Origin: a virus
Lineage: Duplodnaviria; Heunggongvirae; Uroviricota; Caudoviricetes
Direction: 5' to 3' (one strand)
Virus record (IMG/VR): IMGVR_UViG_2877251553_000001
Coordinates: 1 to 64,000 of that record
DNA: 64,000 bases
Shown here: positions 47,573 to 63,110 of the stretch, one piece after another
Numbering within the stretch: the first letter of the stretch is position 1
Layout of the letters: every line of letters begins with the position of its first letter
Notes under the pieces: model-generated
Told to the model about the DNA's origin: nothing
What the model saw: the letters and a program-made list of their open reading frames with translations, nothing else
Database searches by the model: none
Position numbers and translations under genes: made by a program

Positions 47573-47797
47573 GTGGAACATCCCATACTTCAGAAAACAA
47601 TCGTTCTCTTTATTCTTGCCCTATGGGTAATTGATCCATTCAGGACAAAGAGAAGAAAGCATACTGAATCCACCATTGAAGAAGCCGATGCCAGAGAACG
47701 TCATAAATGGCGATATCTCAGATGGGGAGTACGAACAATACAAATTGCAGCGACAGTATATATGTTTGCTATGCTGATTCAGTTTTTACTGAAGTAG
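47573..47797 (+). CDS. hypothetical small membrane protein
   Basis: 74-aa ORF with two hydrophobic segments in an otherwise unassigned region; weak. Confidence 0.25.
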   Translation: MEHPILQKTIVLFILALWVIDPFRTKRRKHTESTIEEADARERHKWRYLRWGVRTIQIAATVYMFAMLIQFLLK

Positions 47798-48641
47798 ACG
47801 GCTCAGGCAGGTACGACCGGACGGAATTGGCAGCCAATTCAGCGGAGGCCGGACGGGGTTAAACGTCCCCTCTGTGCCAGTGACCTGCTCCCCGTTGATT
47901 CACACGGAAGACTGTTAGAAATGTGCAATTTTTGCTCACAGCAGACTTTAAGAGTTGATTGTGTGTTGCACTGTGAGATCAAATCAAAACCAATATATTC
48001 AGGCATCTTCCCACAGCGCCCCCATTCAACAGGCAATTGCTCCTTATCAAATCCCTCAAACCAGTAAACACTACTTTTTGCCCAACAATAGGCACTTCTC
48101 CCCAACCCTAATGAAACAATGCGCGACTCCAGTCCGGCTTGAGACGACCATGCCGTTTAAGGCGCACACCATTACAAGCAGTTGCTCATATTGAGGGAAA
48201 GTTAATAAAGAAACTTAACGGCATTTCCTCTTTTGCGCACGTTTCAATTGCCTTGATATCCAGTCTTGGTTACGTTTGCGAATTTTTTGTTTCATTGGCT
48301 ACTGTTCTGATTCGACTCACTTATTAATCAATGATCTTACTGTATTCCAACGCCATGCTTTGTACAGGAATGTCCGCTTTTCGCTCATAACAGACATTAA
48401 CTACAGTTATGGTAGAAGGTATGCATGCTGGGTGGGGAAAGTATGAAGGAAAAGAAGACTGCTGCGCCGTTTGTCGTCACATTTATCTTCATTGGCTATG
48501 CAAGTCGTAATACAAGGTGGGACAAAACTGAGACACATAAGGCCTCGCAATGACTTGCAAGGCTTTACATGTTTTGATGTGGTGGGACGTGTGAGCGCAG
48601 TGTTGATGGGGTAATGCTTTGAATTAGAAGCGGATTCTTAT

Positions 48642-48687
48642 AATTCGTAATGCGAAGGTCGTAGGTTCGACTCCTATTATCGGCACC
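48642..48687 (+). repeat. 46-bp direct repeat of the thrW 3' end (prophage attR / island attL core)
   Basis: Identical to 1399-1444 (ATTCGTAATGCGAAGGTCGTAGGTTCGACTCCTATTATCGGCACCA). Confidence 0.85.
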
Positions 48688-48853
48688 ATTCAAACATCTC
48701 CCCAAGTCTACTAAAGTCTTTCAAAACCCCTTATAATCCGCGTATTAAAGCCCCGTTCGTCTTTTGACGCCTACTAAAGTCCCTCAAAATCTACGGTCAG
48801 ATGGGGGTACTTATGGGGGTATTTGCTGTTCGGTTTAGTGGAGGTACCCCCAA

Positions 48854-50068
48854 GTGAAACTCAATGCCCGTCAAATAGACACAGCCAAGCCAAAAGAGAA
48901 GGCTTACAAGCTGGCCGATGGTGGCGGTTTGTATCTCTTGGTAAAACCTAATGGAGGTAAATACTGGCGACTTAAATATCGTGTAGCTGGTAAAGAGAAG
49001 CTATTGGCACTAGGTGTGTATCCTGAGGTTACTCTAGCCGATGCTCGGGCAAAACGTGAAGATGCGAAAAGAGGTATCGCTGGTGGTATCGATCCGATGG
49101 AAGCGAAACGAGAGGAAAAGATTGCCCGGGAAACGCAGTTAAACAACACCTTCAAAGATATTGCCCTTGAGTGGCACAGCAGCAAATTAAAAAAATGGTC
49201 TGCTGGTTATGCTTCAGACATCCTCGAAGCCTTCAACAAAGATGTGTTCCCTTACATTGGCAAAAAACCAATCGCCGAAATCAAACCACTTGAACTTCTG
49301 AATGTGCTGCGGCGCATCGAGGGGCGCGGTGCTACAGAAAAAGCCAAAAAAGTGAGGCAGCGGTGCGGGGAAGTTTTCCGCTATGCAATAGTCACTGGTC
49401 GCGCAGAGTATAACCCTGCACCAGACCTTACTAGCGCGATGCAAGGCCATGAATCTAATCATTACCCTTTCCTTACAGCTAAAGAATTACCTGATTTTTT
49501 CAAGGCATTGTCCAGTTACTCAGGAAGCGCATTGGTTGTTATGGCGGCTCGTCTACTGATTATCATCGGCTTGCGGACTGGCGAACTACGTGGCGCATTA
49601 TGGGATGAAATTGATTTCAACAAGGCTATCTGGGAGATACCCGCTTCACGTATGAAAATGCGGCGGCCTCATATTGTGCCATTGTCTGATCAGGCTCTTT
49701 CGCTTATTGGGAAGATTAGAGAAATAACAGGCAATTACCCTCTTATGTTTCCCGGGCGCAATGATCCAAGGAAAACAATGAGTGAGGCCAGCATAAACCA
49801 AGTGTTTAAGCGCATTGGCTACGCTGGACGTGTAACTGGTCATGGGTTCCGGCACACTATGAGCACGATTTTGCATGAGCAGGGCTATAACACCGCGTGG
49901 ATAGAAACGCAGCTCGCTCACGTTGATAAGAACTCAATTCGTGGCACATACAACCATGCGCAATATCTGGATGGAAGGCGGGAGATGCTTCAATGGTATG
50001 CCGACTATATGGATGCGCTGGAGAAGGAGGAGAACGTTGTTCATGGTTCGTTTGGGAAACGAGCTTAA
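48854..50068 (+). CDS. P4-family integrase
   Basis: 404-aa tyrosine recombinase with P4-int-like N-terminus (MKLNARQIDTAKPKEKAYKLADGGGLYLLVKPNGGKYWRLKY); GTG start; just downstream of the tRNA repeat. Confidence 0.9.
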   Translation: MKLNARQIDTAKPKEKAYKLADGGGLYLLVKPNGGKYWRLKYRVAGKEKLLALGVYPEVTLADARAKREDAKRGIAGGIDPMEAKREEKIARETQLNNTFKDIALEWHSSKLKKWSAGYASDILEAFNKDVFPYIGKKPIAEIKPLELLNVLRRIEGRGATEKAKKVRQRCGEVFRYAIVTGRAEYNPAPDLTSAMQGHESNHYPFLTAKELPDFFKALSSYSGSALVVMAARLLIIIGLRTGELRGALWDEIDFNKAIWEIPASRMKMRRPHIVPLSDQALSLIGKIREITGNYPLMFPGRNDPRKTMSEASINQVFKRIGYAGRVTGHGFRHTMSTILHEQGYNTAWIETQLAHVDKNSIRGTYNHAQYLDGRREMLQWYADYMDALEKEENVVHGSFGKRA

Positions 50069-50131
50069 CTGTATGAATAGACCGTGTTAAGCAATGGTAG
50101 TAGACTTATGTAGACGAACAAAGAATAGGCT

Positions 50132-50482
50132 ATGTCTAGGCTGATCCCGAAAACCCGTACACCCCTACGGGCTGGCATAGCCGTCAGAATTAGGGGCGCG
50201 GGGTGGCGTATGGTGAGAGCCAAAAAACAAGATTTAGCATGGTTTGATATTAGTAATTATGAATTTTTAAATGATTTAACCTTGCCGGACTTGATTCAAG
50301 AATTAGAGTGGCGCGATTTTTTATTGCGTCATGCAAAAGATGACACTGCTATATTCAAAGAAGAGTACGATATAAAATATGAAAGGATTTTTTCGGGCGA
50401 TCCTAACCTAACCATTCTCAATGAAGAAGAGGAAGAGGTCGAAGAATTTATTCGCAAAGTAAATGATGAAGCCCATCATTAA
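50132..50482 (+). CDS. hypothetical protein (116 aa)
   Basis: AT-rich ORF in the int-alpA interval. Confidence 0.4.
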   Translation: MSRLIPKTRTPLRAGIAVRIRGAGWRMVRAKKQDLAWFDISNYEFLNDLTLPDLIQELEWRDFLLRHAKDDTAIFKEEYDIKYERIFSGDPNLTILNEEEEEVEEFIRKVNDEAHH

Positions 50483-50555
50483 GAAATGAGTACGATGATC
50501 TACCCTCATTATCTTCAGCTATGGGGTTAGTCCAGTAACATTTTCAGAGCTGGCC

Positions 50556-51088
50556 ATGTACTCTTTCTCATCGATAGATCAAGGCTTTTTTAAAAGAGAC
50601 GAAGAGGATTGCTACCTCAAGGCAAACGCTATGCTTGCGAGTGTTACTGGAAACCTAAGTAATTGTTCCCCTAACATCATACTCGTTTCTATAGATTTAG
50701 ATGACGCCACTGATGACGAAATTATTACCAGCCTGACTCACCTTCTACCTCTATGGCGAAAAGAGTTAAAAGTACCAGAGAGAGAGCATGTCGCTCAGAA
50801 AAGGATTGGATTAAAGACCCTTCAGAAGTTGATATCTAATAGAGTGATACCTATTGTTGATCTGCTGATTTGGGTGAGAAGTCAGGTAAGGAAGTGAGCA
50901 ATCCGATGATTTCTGCCTTGGTTTTTAGTGATGATCCGAAAGATACGCAGGCTATTAAGGAATCAATAAAGCCTTTTGCACTTGAATCTATAAGCGAGAG
51001 ATACACCCGCTTGCTTCAGCTTTATGTAAACAAAGACAGAGAAATGAGCTTGATAAAAATATCTGATTTAATGAGTAGAGATTTATAG
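50556..51088 (+). CDS. hypothetical protein(s): two overlapping ORFs (113 and 72 aa), possibly one gene with a frameshift
   Basis: ORFs 50556-50897 and 50870-51088 in adjacent frames; AT-rich. Confidence 0.3.
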
Positions 51089-51285
51089 CAAGCAAAATCC
51101 TACGTAAACGTTTTAAGTAAATTTCGCGATTTCCGCTTTGAATACGCTACTGTGTATTTCAAAGCGGATAATCTTCTCAAAAAAATATTTTATTTTTATC
51201 CGCTATCACCCATTCACCGGTTTGTTTAATCTCCTTTCTGTCTACTGATGTCCATTAAAGAAGATGACAGAATATAGGAGTAAAC

Positions 51286-51483
51286 ATGTCTCAATCATTT
51301 ATTCGTCTTTCTGAGGTTCAACGCCGTACTGGTTACAGCAAAGTGTGGATTTATCGGCTCATCAAAGAACAGCGATTCCCTCAATCTGTAAAGATTGGAA
51401 GCCGATCAATTGCGTTTATTGAAAGTGAAATTGAAGAATGGATTAATCAGCGCATCGCTGAGTCGCGTGGCGAGGTAGCGTAA
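51286..51483 (+). CDS. alpA: AlpA-family transcriptional regulator
   Basis: 65-aa protein MSQSFIRLSEVQRRTGYSKVWIYRLIKEQRFPQSVKIG, typical of P4/CP4-57 AlpA. Confidence 0.7.
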   Translation: MSQSFIRLSEVQRRTGYSKVWIYRLIKEQRFPQSVKIGSRSIAFIESEIEEWINQRIAESRGEVA

Positions 51484-51821
51484 TGAATAAGAAAAACCGC
51501 CCATTACAGGCGGCTAATTCAGATATTCGCGTATCTGATGTTACGCCCCTTACAAAATCCCTTCAAGCACCAAAGCGCACACCGAAAAAGCATCGTGCCA
51601 GAGTCTATATGCTGCGTACTGGTATAGAGGGATGGACAGAAAATGACATTCTTCGCTACTGCCGTCTGTCTTCTGGTCGTAACTATGCAACAGAGTTAGA
51701 ACGCCAGCTTGGAATCACTCTGGAACGTATCGACGAAAAGAATCCTGATGGTATCGGAACACACCTTCGCTACCGTTTCTCCTGCCGTGGTGATGTTCTG
51801 AAAGTGATCACTCATATGTAA
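51483..51821 (+). CDS. hypothetical protein
   Basis: 112-aa ORF overlapping alpA stop. Confidence 0.4.
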   Translation: MNKKNRPLQAANSDIRVSDVTPLTKSLQAPKRTPKKHRARVYMLRTGIEGWTENDILRYCRLSSGRNYATELERQLGITLERIDEKNPDGIGTHLRYRFSCRGDVLKVITHM

Positions 51822-51947
51822 GGCAGTATGACTTTCCGTGAGACAGATGCTGGCCAACGTGGGATATTTAACGCGGGTTAACATCGTTGTCAGAGCCGCA
51901 TGGGTGAGCTGTTGCTACACCCCGGTATTTCCACCACGGAGGCCAGC

Positions 51948-53074
51948 ATGAACAACAATAACACATTGTACGTCGGGTTAGATGTTCACAAAGAATCGAT
52001 TACTGTCGCTTATGCTATCAATTCAGAACCTGTTGAACTGATGGGTAAAATTGGCACATCACCTACTGATATTCAGAATCTTTGTAAACGTCTCAGGTCA
52101 AAGTCATCGCAGGTCAGTATCGTTTATGAAGCGGGGCCCTGTGGTTATGGACTTTATCGTCGGCTGGTGAAATCCGGTTTTGACTGCATGGTCTGCGCCC
52201 CTCACTTATCCCGAAAAAACCGGGGGAGCGGGTTAAAACCGATCGCCGTGATGCCATCAGACTTGTGCGTTCACTGCGTGCAGGAGATCTTTCTGCTGTC
52301 TACGTACCCGGCATTGAAGATGAGGCATTCCGGGATTTGGCCCGGGCATGGGCATCTGCCCGCGATGATTTACGGCATGCAAGGCAACGTCTGAAATCGT
52401 TTCTTCTGGTTCATGGGGTCCATTATGTCGGGCGAGCAGATTGGGGCCCTGCACACCGACGCTGGCTCAGCAAATACTCATTCGAAAGTCCCTGGCGACA
52501 ATTAGCTTTTGACGAACACCGTCGTACAATAGAAGACCGGCAGGCACAATGTGAACGGCTGGAATCCGCCCTGAAGGAGGCCGTTACCGAATGGAGGCTG
52601 TATCCGGTAGTAGAGGCGCTGCAAGCCATGCGAGGGATTCAGTTTATTACTGCGGTTGGATTAATTTCTGAACTGGGTGATCTGACCCGTTTTGAACATC
52701 CACGACAACTGATGTCATGGTTTGGTATCACGCCATCAGAATATTCATCGGGTGGAAGCAGACATCAGGGCAGCATTACCAAAGCCGGAAACAGCTATGC
52801 CAGAAAGCTATTGGTCGAGGCAGCGTGGAGTTACCGTCATCCGGCACGCATCAGTCCGGCAATACAAAAAAGGCAGGAAAATTTACCCCGCCCCGTCATT
52901 GACAGAGCATGGGATGCTCAACTCAGGCTCTGTAAGAGGTATCGAAAACTTCAGGCCAAAGGAAAGAATGTCAATATTACAATTGTTGCTGTTGCACGTG
53001 AGCTGGCGGGTTTTATCTGGGATATGGGCCGAATAGCAATGTCTGTCGCACAACAACCACAATGTCACAAATAA
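51948..53074 (+). CDS. IS110-family transposase; -1 frameshift in A/G runs near 52215-52235
   Basis: N-terminus MNNNNTLYVGLDVHKESI (DEDD RuvC-like) and C-terminal IS110-type domain; two ORF-track pieces. Confidence 0.75.
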
Positions 53075-53366
53075 AAAATGAGAATAACCAGTTCCCTGAA
53101 GGCGACGTAGCCCGGTACAAGAGTAACCCACGTTAGCGCTTGGCGACGGCGGAACAAAGCTGATTCGCGACGTAAGAAAGTGGCAGGCTCATATGACGGA
53201 CCTCTGTAATGCGGTATCCAACCCGCGAATATCAGCGTGATTCACCGTCGGATTTACTGCTACGTCGCCCTCAGGGAATTAAACCTAAAAAGAAAATCGT
53301 CAAAATTAGAGATTCCGGTTTGACACGGAAAGTCATATCAGCGTCAACGGAGCACCGTATTGACGC

Positions 53367-54958
53367 TTATTTATTGGTGAGTGCTACGTTCCATGGCAGG
53401 AGTTCGTCAACACGGTTGGAAGGCCATTCCGGCAGTACGCTCAGGATATAGCGCAGATACGCTTCCGGATCGATACCGTTCAGTCGGCAGGTGCCGATCA
53501 GCCCGTACAGTAGCGCACCACGCTCTCCACCGTGATCGCTGCCGAAGAACATAAAGTTTTTCTTTCCGAGACAGACTGCACGAAGCGCTCTTTCCGCGGC
53601 ATTATTATCCGCCTCAGCCAGACCATCATCACTGAAGTTGCACAACGCAACCCAGTGCTTCCTGATATACCGGAACGCATCTCTCAGACGGCATTTTTTC
53701 GATAACGTCTGTTCTTTCTCCTGCATCAGCTTATACAGGGAAGTCAGTAGCGGTTTACTCTGCATTTGCCTGACCGCCAGGCGTTCAGACACCGGCAACC
53801 CGCGTATTTCGTGCTCGATGGCGTACAGCTCACCGATTAGTTTCAGGGCTTCTTCCGCTGTCGCGCTTTTGGTACTGATATATACATCGTGGACTTTGCG
53901 CCGCGCATGAGCCCAGCATCCTGCTTCCGTCAACGCGCCGCCTTCTCGTTCGGCACTGAACAGCCGATCGTAACCATTAAACGCATCTGCCTGCAGGATA
54001 CCCCGGAAGGGACTAAGGTGCTGCTCCGGATGTTTACCCTGATGGTCCGGTGAGTAGGCGAACCAGACCGCCGGAGGCTCTGGCGAACCGGCATTCCTGT
54101 CATCCCGGACATACGTCCAGATATATCCTGTTTTCGCCTTCTTCCTGCCCGGTGCCAGCACTTTTACTGGTGTGTCATCAGTGTGAACTTTGCGGCTGTT
54201 CATCACATAACGGTACAGAGCATCATTCAGCGGCGTCATTAACTGGCAGCACGCGTCAACCCAGTTGGAGAGTAATGCACGGCTCAGTTCGACACCCTGA
54301 CGGGCAAAAATTTCACTCTGACGATACAGTGGCAGGTGTTCGCAGTATTTTCCCGTTAACACGCGGGCAAGTAACCCCGGGCCCGCGATACCACGCTCTA
54401 TCGGACGGGATGGTGCCGGTGCTTCAACGATGCAGTCACATTTTGTACAGGCTTTTTTTACCCGTTCTGTGCGGATCACTTTCAGAGCGCTGCTCACCAG
54501 TTCCAGTTGTTCTGCGCTGACTTCCCCAGATAATCCAGCTCACCGCCACACTCCGGGCAACAGCTTTCTTCTGGCTCCAGGCGATTTATTTCGCGGGGCA
54601 GATGCTCCGGTAACGGGCGACGATGACGAGACTGTCGCAACTGGCGGGGAACCTGCGGATCGTCTTCCCGCCCACTGTAACGATCACTGTCCTGTTCGCG
54701 TTGTTTCAGCAGGGCCTCAGCCTGTTCAACTTCACGACGCAGTTTTTCAGAACGGGTACCGAACAGCATCCGGCGCAGTTTTTCTATCTGAGCCCGCAGA
54801 TGTTCTATTTCCCGTTCATCTTCTTCGATCTTTTCTTCGGCGCGGGCCAGTGCAGAGCGCAGGAAGGCCTCCGTCTCTTCAACCAGACTCAGTTGCTGGT
54901 CTTTCTGACGGAGCTGGCATTCCAGTTCTGCAATGCGAATGAGGTATTTTTGATTCAT
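53367..54958 (-). CDS. IS66-family transposase TnpC; frameshifted
   Basis: N-terminal leucine-zipper/zinc-finger (CPECGGEL) piece 54494-54958 and DDE piece 53367-54497. Confidence 0.8.
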
Positions 54959-54988
54959 GGCCGTTTTTATAATCCGGCCATGACATTT

Positions 54989-55348
54989 TTACAACATTGT
55001 CAGTGCGTTAAGGCGGGATGTTTTTGGCTGACGCCAGTCCAGCTTATCGAGGAGCATTGCCAGTTGCGAGCGGGTAATGGATACCTTGCCGTCACGCACA
55101 GCAGGCCAGATAAACTGGCCTTCCTCCAGGCGTCTGGTGAACAGGCACAGACCATCAGCATCAGCCCACAGGATTTTAATCATGTCACCCCGTCGGCCAC
55201 GGAAGATGAACAGGTGACCGGAGAAGGGATTATCATTCAGCACATGCTGTACCTGTTCACCCAGCCCGTTGAAAGACTTACGCATATCGGTTATCCCAGC
55301 AACGAGCCAGATGCGGGTGCCTGACGGGAGTGAGATCATCGTCCCCAC
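54989..55348 (-). CDS. IS66-family accessory protein TnpB (Orf2)
   Basis: 119-aa ORF typical of IS66 orf2. Confidence 0.75.
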   Translation of the reverse strand: MGTMISLPSGTRIWLVAGITDMRKSFNGLGEQVQHVLNDNPFSGHLFIFRGRRGDMIKILWADADGLCLFTRRLEEGQFIWPAVRDGKVSITRSQLAMLLDKLDWRQPKTSRLNALTML

Positions 55349-55767
55349 CCGGTCAGTTCACGGATCAACACTGTGAGCAGCTCTGGTGAAGGATTTTCCA
55401 GCGTCATGTTACCGTGACGGAACTCCACCTTGCAGGAGCTGGCACTAACTGTAGTCTGAGTAGATAAAGACGGAGTAAGAGCAGCCACCGGTTCTTTCGG
55501 CTCATCCGGCGTTATCTCCACAGGTAATAATTCAACGCCAGTGTCAGAAGAGGTTGTTACCGGAAGACGCCGCGATATGCGCCCTTCGTTCTGCCAGAGC
55601 CTGAGCCATTTGAACAGCAGGTTATCATTGATATCGTGTTCCCGGGCAATACGGGCAACAGAGGCTCCTGGTTGTGAAGCCAGTTTAACCATTTGAAGTT
55701 TAAACTCATTTGAAAATGATCTGCGGGTTCTGCAGATAATGCTTTCTGTTCCATAACAGGTGTCCAC
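55336..55767 (-). CDS. IS66-family accessory protein TnpA (Orf1)
   Basis: 143-aa ORF upstream of TnpB; IS66-type terminal repeat GTAAGCGTAAACTGACCGCCG (revcomp) near 55815-55840. Confidence 0.7.
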   Translation of the reverse strand: MDTCYGTESIICRTRRSFSNEFKLQMVKLASQPGASVARIAREHDINDNLLFKWLRLWQNEGRISRRLPVTTSSDTGVELLPVEITPDEPKEPVAALTPSLSTQTTVSASSCKVEFRHGNMTLENPSPELLTVLIRELTGWGR

Positions 55768-55848
55768 TAGTTGAAAAGGTGGGCACCTACGTTACCAATA
55801 CAGGCTTAATGGCTACATACGGCGGTCAGTTTACGCTTACACTCATAT

Positions 55849-57164
<1,316 letters not shown>

Positions 57165-57357
57165 TGATTCTGTAACTCATATTTGCCCAACAATTCGTCC
57201 GCTTCCTAAATAGCTTCTGGTACGCCATTGAGCAGTGACATAACCGCGCCAATCATTAACTTGTCTCTGTTGCTGGGGCTGGCCCCTTCAAGCCAGAACC
57301 CTAAAACAGTCTGAACCTGTTCGATGCGACATTGCGCTTCAATGAGCTGGATGTTGG

Positions 57358-57621
57358 TCATTTCGCACTCTCCACATCGATTAAACCGATATCTATCAGG
57401 GAGGTAACTTTTTGTAGCCAGCTATTGATTACTGTCGCCTGTTCCCCTCCCACCGAGGGAACAATCTCATTCATCACATGAACCAGACCTGTGCGCGCTC
57501 TGGTAAGCCGTTCAGTCGCGCAATCTGCGGGAGTGAATGTGTCTGGATATGGCTCTTCACGCCCCAGCAATGATTCAATTTCCAGCTCACACGGATGACG
57601 ATAAATTAAGTTGATATTCAT
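57358..57621 (-). CDS. hypothetical prophage-remnant protein
   Basis: 87-aa ORF in a minus-strand gene string. Confidence 0.3.
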   Translation of the reverse strand: MNINLIYRHPCELEIESLLGREEPYPDTFTPADCATERLTRARTGLVHVMNEIVPSVGGEQATVINSWLQKVTSLIDIGLIDVESAK

Positions 57622-57869
57622 TTTTCACCCCCAAGAATTACCAGCTCGGCACGGGCATCGTTAACCAAAGATGAGCACGCTTTAATCGCATCCACGACAT
57701 CAGTAGCGTCCATTTCTTCAGCCGAAAGACTGACAGCAACCAGGACAGCCGCTGCTTGCTCGATTAATTGAAGTGCGGACGTAAGGCGAGGGGTATTAAT
57801 TGAGTTATTCATTGGTTGCCCCCGTTTTTCCTGGCATTTCGCCACCTTCCAGCAGGAAATGAACGTCAC
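57618..57869 (-). CDS. hypothetical prophage-remnant protein
   Basis: 83-aa ORF, overlapping stop/start with neighbour. Confidence 0.3.
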   Translation of the reverse strand: MTFISCWKVAKCQEKRGQPMNNSINTPRLTSALQLIEQAAAVLVAVSLSAEEMDATDVVDAIKACSSLVNDARAELVILGGEK

Positions 57870-58872
57870 GAACGGCGAGATCCAATATCGCGAGTAACGC
57901 CTTCAGTCTTTCGTCTCGTGAGGGAGAGTTGCTCACCAGAATGTCGTTAATCACTTCTGTCAGTGTGATGATCTGGCTTGTGCGTTCGAGGGGATCCATA
58001 TGCACATCGTAGGTTTTAATCATGTGCCACCTCCATGCGGATACGACCAGCAAAAAAGCAGATGTGATCGCGCACCAGAGAACGGCGAGCATCGCGTTCA
58101 GACTCGGCAGCAATATGATGAATTTTGGCGGTAATTGTCGGGCAATCGCGGCGAACTGCGGCGATAATCCAGATAAATTGCGGTTTTTGGGTAGGGGTAG
58201 TAGCCAGCATGTGGCAGCCTCCATTCGATAGCATGTAACGCTACCACCGGAAACGCCAATTTCGCTGGTGGTAGCCCAGACAGGGTTGGCGTAACCGGCT
58301 CGAATGGATACCGGCGCTTCCGAAGAAGCCCCTGCCTGAGCCACCATTGATTGACAAAGGCGCTGGATTATACACCAACGCCCAAAAAATGGGTGAGTCA
58401 GACCTACGACATAAAAAAAGACGCTCGGCGCGTCATATGTCGCCATTCGATTTACCAGGACGCCAATCCCGGCACCCGTTTTATGAGGTGCCTTATAACC
58501 ATAAACCGTGTTGCCGCATAACGGCAAGCTCTTTTTTATGGACTCCGAAAACTCACTATTGGAAGAACCAGAAGCACAGTACATCGCGCTCATTTCGTTA
58601 ACGTCACGCGCGTGGACGAATGTTTTTGTGGAGTCACTACACGAGCTGAAGACATCATCTACGACCAGAAATTTTCTGGCGCAGCCGCTGACCTTCTCAA
58701 TGCTAATATCATCGCCCGAGATTTCTGGTATGGTTAAGGCATCCGTTCCGACCACAAGCAAATGATAAACTTTGCTTGTATCTGCTGTATTAATGCCTGA
58801 CTTTGCCGTCATATTTCTGGATTTTGGCGACATGCCAGCCAGTGAAAATGTCTTCTTCTGGACGGGTATCAT
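57805..58872 (-). CDS. hypothetical protein, paralog of 7649-8485 (probably frameshifted)
   Basis: Shares core AGAGIGVL...[17 protein letters not shown] with the prophage early gene. Confidence 0.4.
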   Translation of the reverse strand: MIPVQKKTFSLAGMSPKSRNMTAKSGINTADTSKVYHLLVVGTDALTIPEISGDDISIEKVSGCARKFLVVDDVFSSCSDSTKTFVHARDVNEMSAMYCASGSSNSEFSESIKKSLPLCGNTVYGYKAPHKTGAGIGVLVNRMATYDAPSVFFYVVGLTHPFFGRWCIIQRLCQSMVAQAGASSEAPVSIRAGYANPVWATTSEIGVSGGSVTCYRMEAATCWLLPLPKNRNLSGLSPQFAAIARQLPPKFIILLPSLNAMLAVLWCAITSAFLLVVSAWRWHMIKTYDVHMDPLERTSQIITLTEVINDILVSNSPSRDERLKALLAILDLAVRDVHFLLEGGEMPGKTGATNE

Positions 58873-59040
58873 TGGTTAACCTCCGCGAACTCCTTCATGA
58901 AACGCGCCAGCGGTTGTACGCATGGCGATTGATACCCGTCGCGATAAAACGTCACTCGGTTGTGAGACACGCTTTCGACAGTAACGAGTGCTCCGTGGGC
59001 ATCTTTGTAGCGTTTTTGTGGTTGTGGTGTTCCTGTTGGC

Positions 59041-59874
59041 TTAGACATTGAGCGCCTCCAGACGCTTGGCGAGCCAGCGTTGCGACAGGCGGGTGAGTTC
59101 TCCTTTGCGCTGCTCATATTCCATGCCCATATCAATTAACGTGATATTGGTGCTTTCGAGATATGAGAGGTGCTCAAGCTGTTCTGCGTTCATATGGTCG
59201 CGAGGTTCGCCAGAATAGCCATTTATCCGCGCCCACTGCTTAGCAGTTAGCCCACCAAGAACGATACGAGAAATCATATTGCTCTCGTTTGTGTAGTGGT
59301 GTTGCTGCGTCGTTTTCCCCATCTCGGCACGGGCCATATTCAGCGCATCGCACATTGGCTTAAAGTTGTTTGCGGCACTGATACGGGCTTTTAGCTGGCG
59401 ACGATAGCGTGCGGCGATTTCAGGCACGCTACGCTGTAATTCTTCCTCGCACTGGATGAAATAACGGCGGATAGCGTGACCCTGATCATTGCGTTCGATC
59501 ATTGCCAGTTCTTTCGCCATTCCGACACTTAACAGATAGTCTTTGCCGGGTCTGCCAGACTGCTTAATCTTGCTGTAAGCCGCGCCATTCGGGCTTTTCC
59601 CCAAATTTGGGGAAATTGTTTTATGGACTGAGTAATCGTGCCCAATGGTGAAGTCATATTCAGAGATGCGATCAGTGATCCATGTAGAGAAGTCTTTTCC
59701 CACGCCCAACGCTTTGTGTAACGCTTTTGCGCTAACAATATTGGTTTCACGCCCACCGATATGACCAGGAATAACCGGGACAATTGCGGCAAATTCATTA
59801 CCGTTAATTGTGCTCAGAGAGGCGTTCAGATGAGGGGCGGCCTCAGAAATTAATCTGCTTTTTTCGATGTTCAT
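59041..59874 (-). CDS. phage antirepressor-like protein (AntA/KilAC-type)
   Basis: 277-aa ORF; N-terminal region resembles AntA-type antirepressor domain. Confidence 0.45.
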   Translation of the reverse strand: MNIEKSRLISEAAPHLNASLSTINGNEFAAIVPVIPGHIGGRETNIVSAKALHKALGVGKDFSTWITDRISEYDFTIGHDYSVHKTISPNLGKSPNGAAYSKIKQSGRPGKDYLLSVGMAKELAMIERNDQGHAIRRYFIQCEEELQRSVPEIAARYRRQLKARISAANNFKPMCDALNMARAEMGKTTQQHHYTNESNMISRIVLGGLTAKQWARINGYSGEPRDHMNAEQLEHLSYLESTNITLIDMGMEYEQRKGELTRLSQRWLAKRLEALNV

Positions 59875-59997
59875 TTTCAGTCTCCGTTAAGCGGCGTTAA
59901 ACGCGTCCGGGTAGAGTTTCAGAATGTCGGCAATTTCCTGCTGAGAAAGTCCGTTGTGATCATTTATGTTCGCAAGATGGTTAATATGAAGTGGTCA

Positions 59998-62324
<2,327 letters not shown>

Positions 62325-62548
62325 TGACGCTCATCACGCAGTTGTTTGACCCATCCTGTCATTGTGGAAAGGCCAACATCCATAGCTTTGGCGGCATCTG
62401 CCACCGTGTATTTCTGGTCAACAACCAGTTGAGCGGATTCGCGTTTAAACTCTGCGCTAAAATTTCTTTTTTTCATTGGAGCACCTGTGTTGTTCTGAGG
62501 TGAGCATATCACCTCTGTTCAGGTGGCCAAATTCAGTGTGCCACTTCA

Positions 62549-63110
62549 GAACCAGACGTTCGCTCCTACAGCACCAAATCAGGTCTGGGTGGCGGACCTG
62601 ACGTATGTTGCCACACAGGAGGGATGGTTGTACCTCGCTGGCATCAAAGATGTTTATACGTGCGAAATTGTCGGCTACGCCATGGGAGAGCGCATGACAA
62701 AAGAGCTGACAGGTAAAGCCCTGTTTATGGCGCTCAGGAGCCAGCGCCCACCTGCCGGGCTAATCCACCACTCTGATCGAGGTTCACAGTACTGCGCATA
62801 CGATTACCGGGTCATACAGGAGCAGTCTGGTCTGAAAACATCAATGTCGCGTAAAGGTAACTGTTACGACAACGCTCCGATGGAAAGCTTCTGGGGAACG
62901 CTGAAAAATGAGAGCCTGAGCCACTATCGTTTTAATAACCGGGATGAAGCCATCTCAGTAATACGGGAATACATTGAGATTTTCTACAATCGTCAGCGTC
63001 GTCACTCTCGTCTGGGGAATATCTCCCGGCAGCCTTCAGGGAAAAATATCATCAGATGGCTGCTTAAAAAAAGAACAAATGGTAGTGTCCGCTATTGCCA
63101 GTACACCTCA
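62549..63110 (+). mobile_element. IS3-family element fragment (3' part of orfB), truncated by IS911
   Basis: DDE transposase C-terminal half (HHSDRGSQY...YDNAPMESFWGTLKNE); family member not identified; right boundary approximate. Confidence 0.55.
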
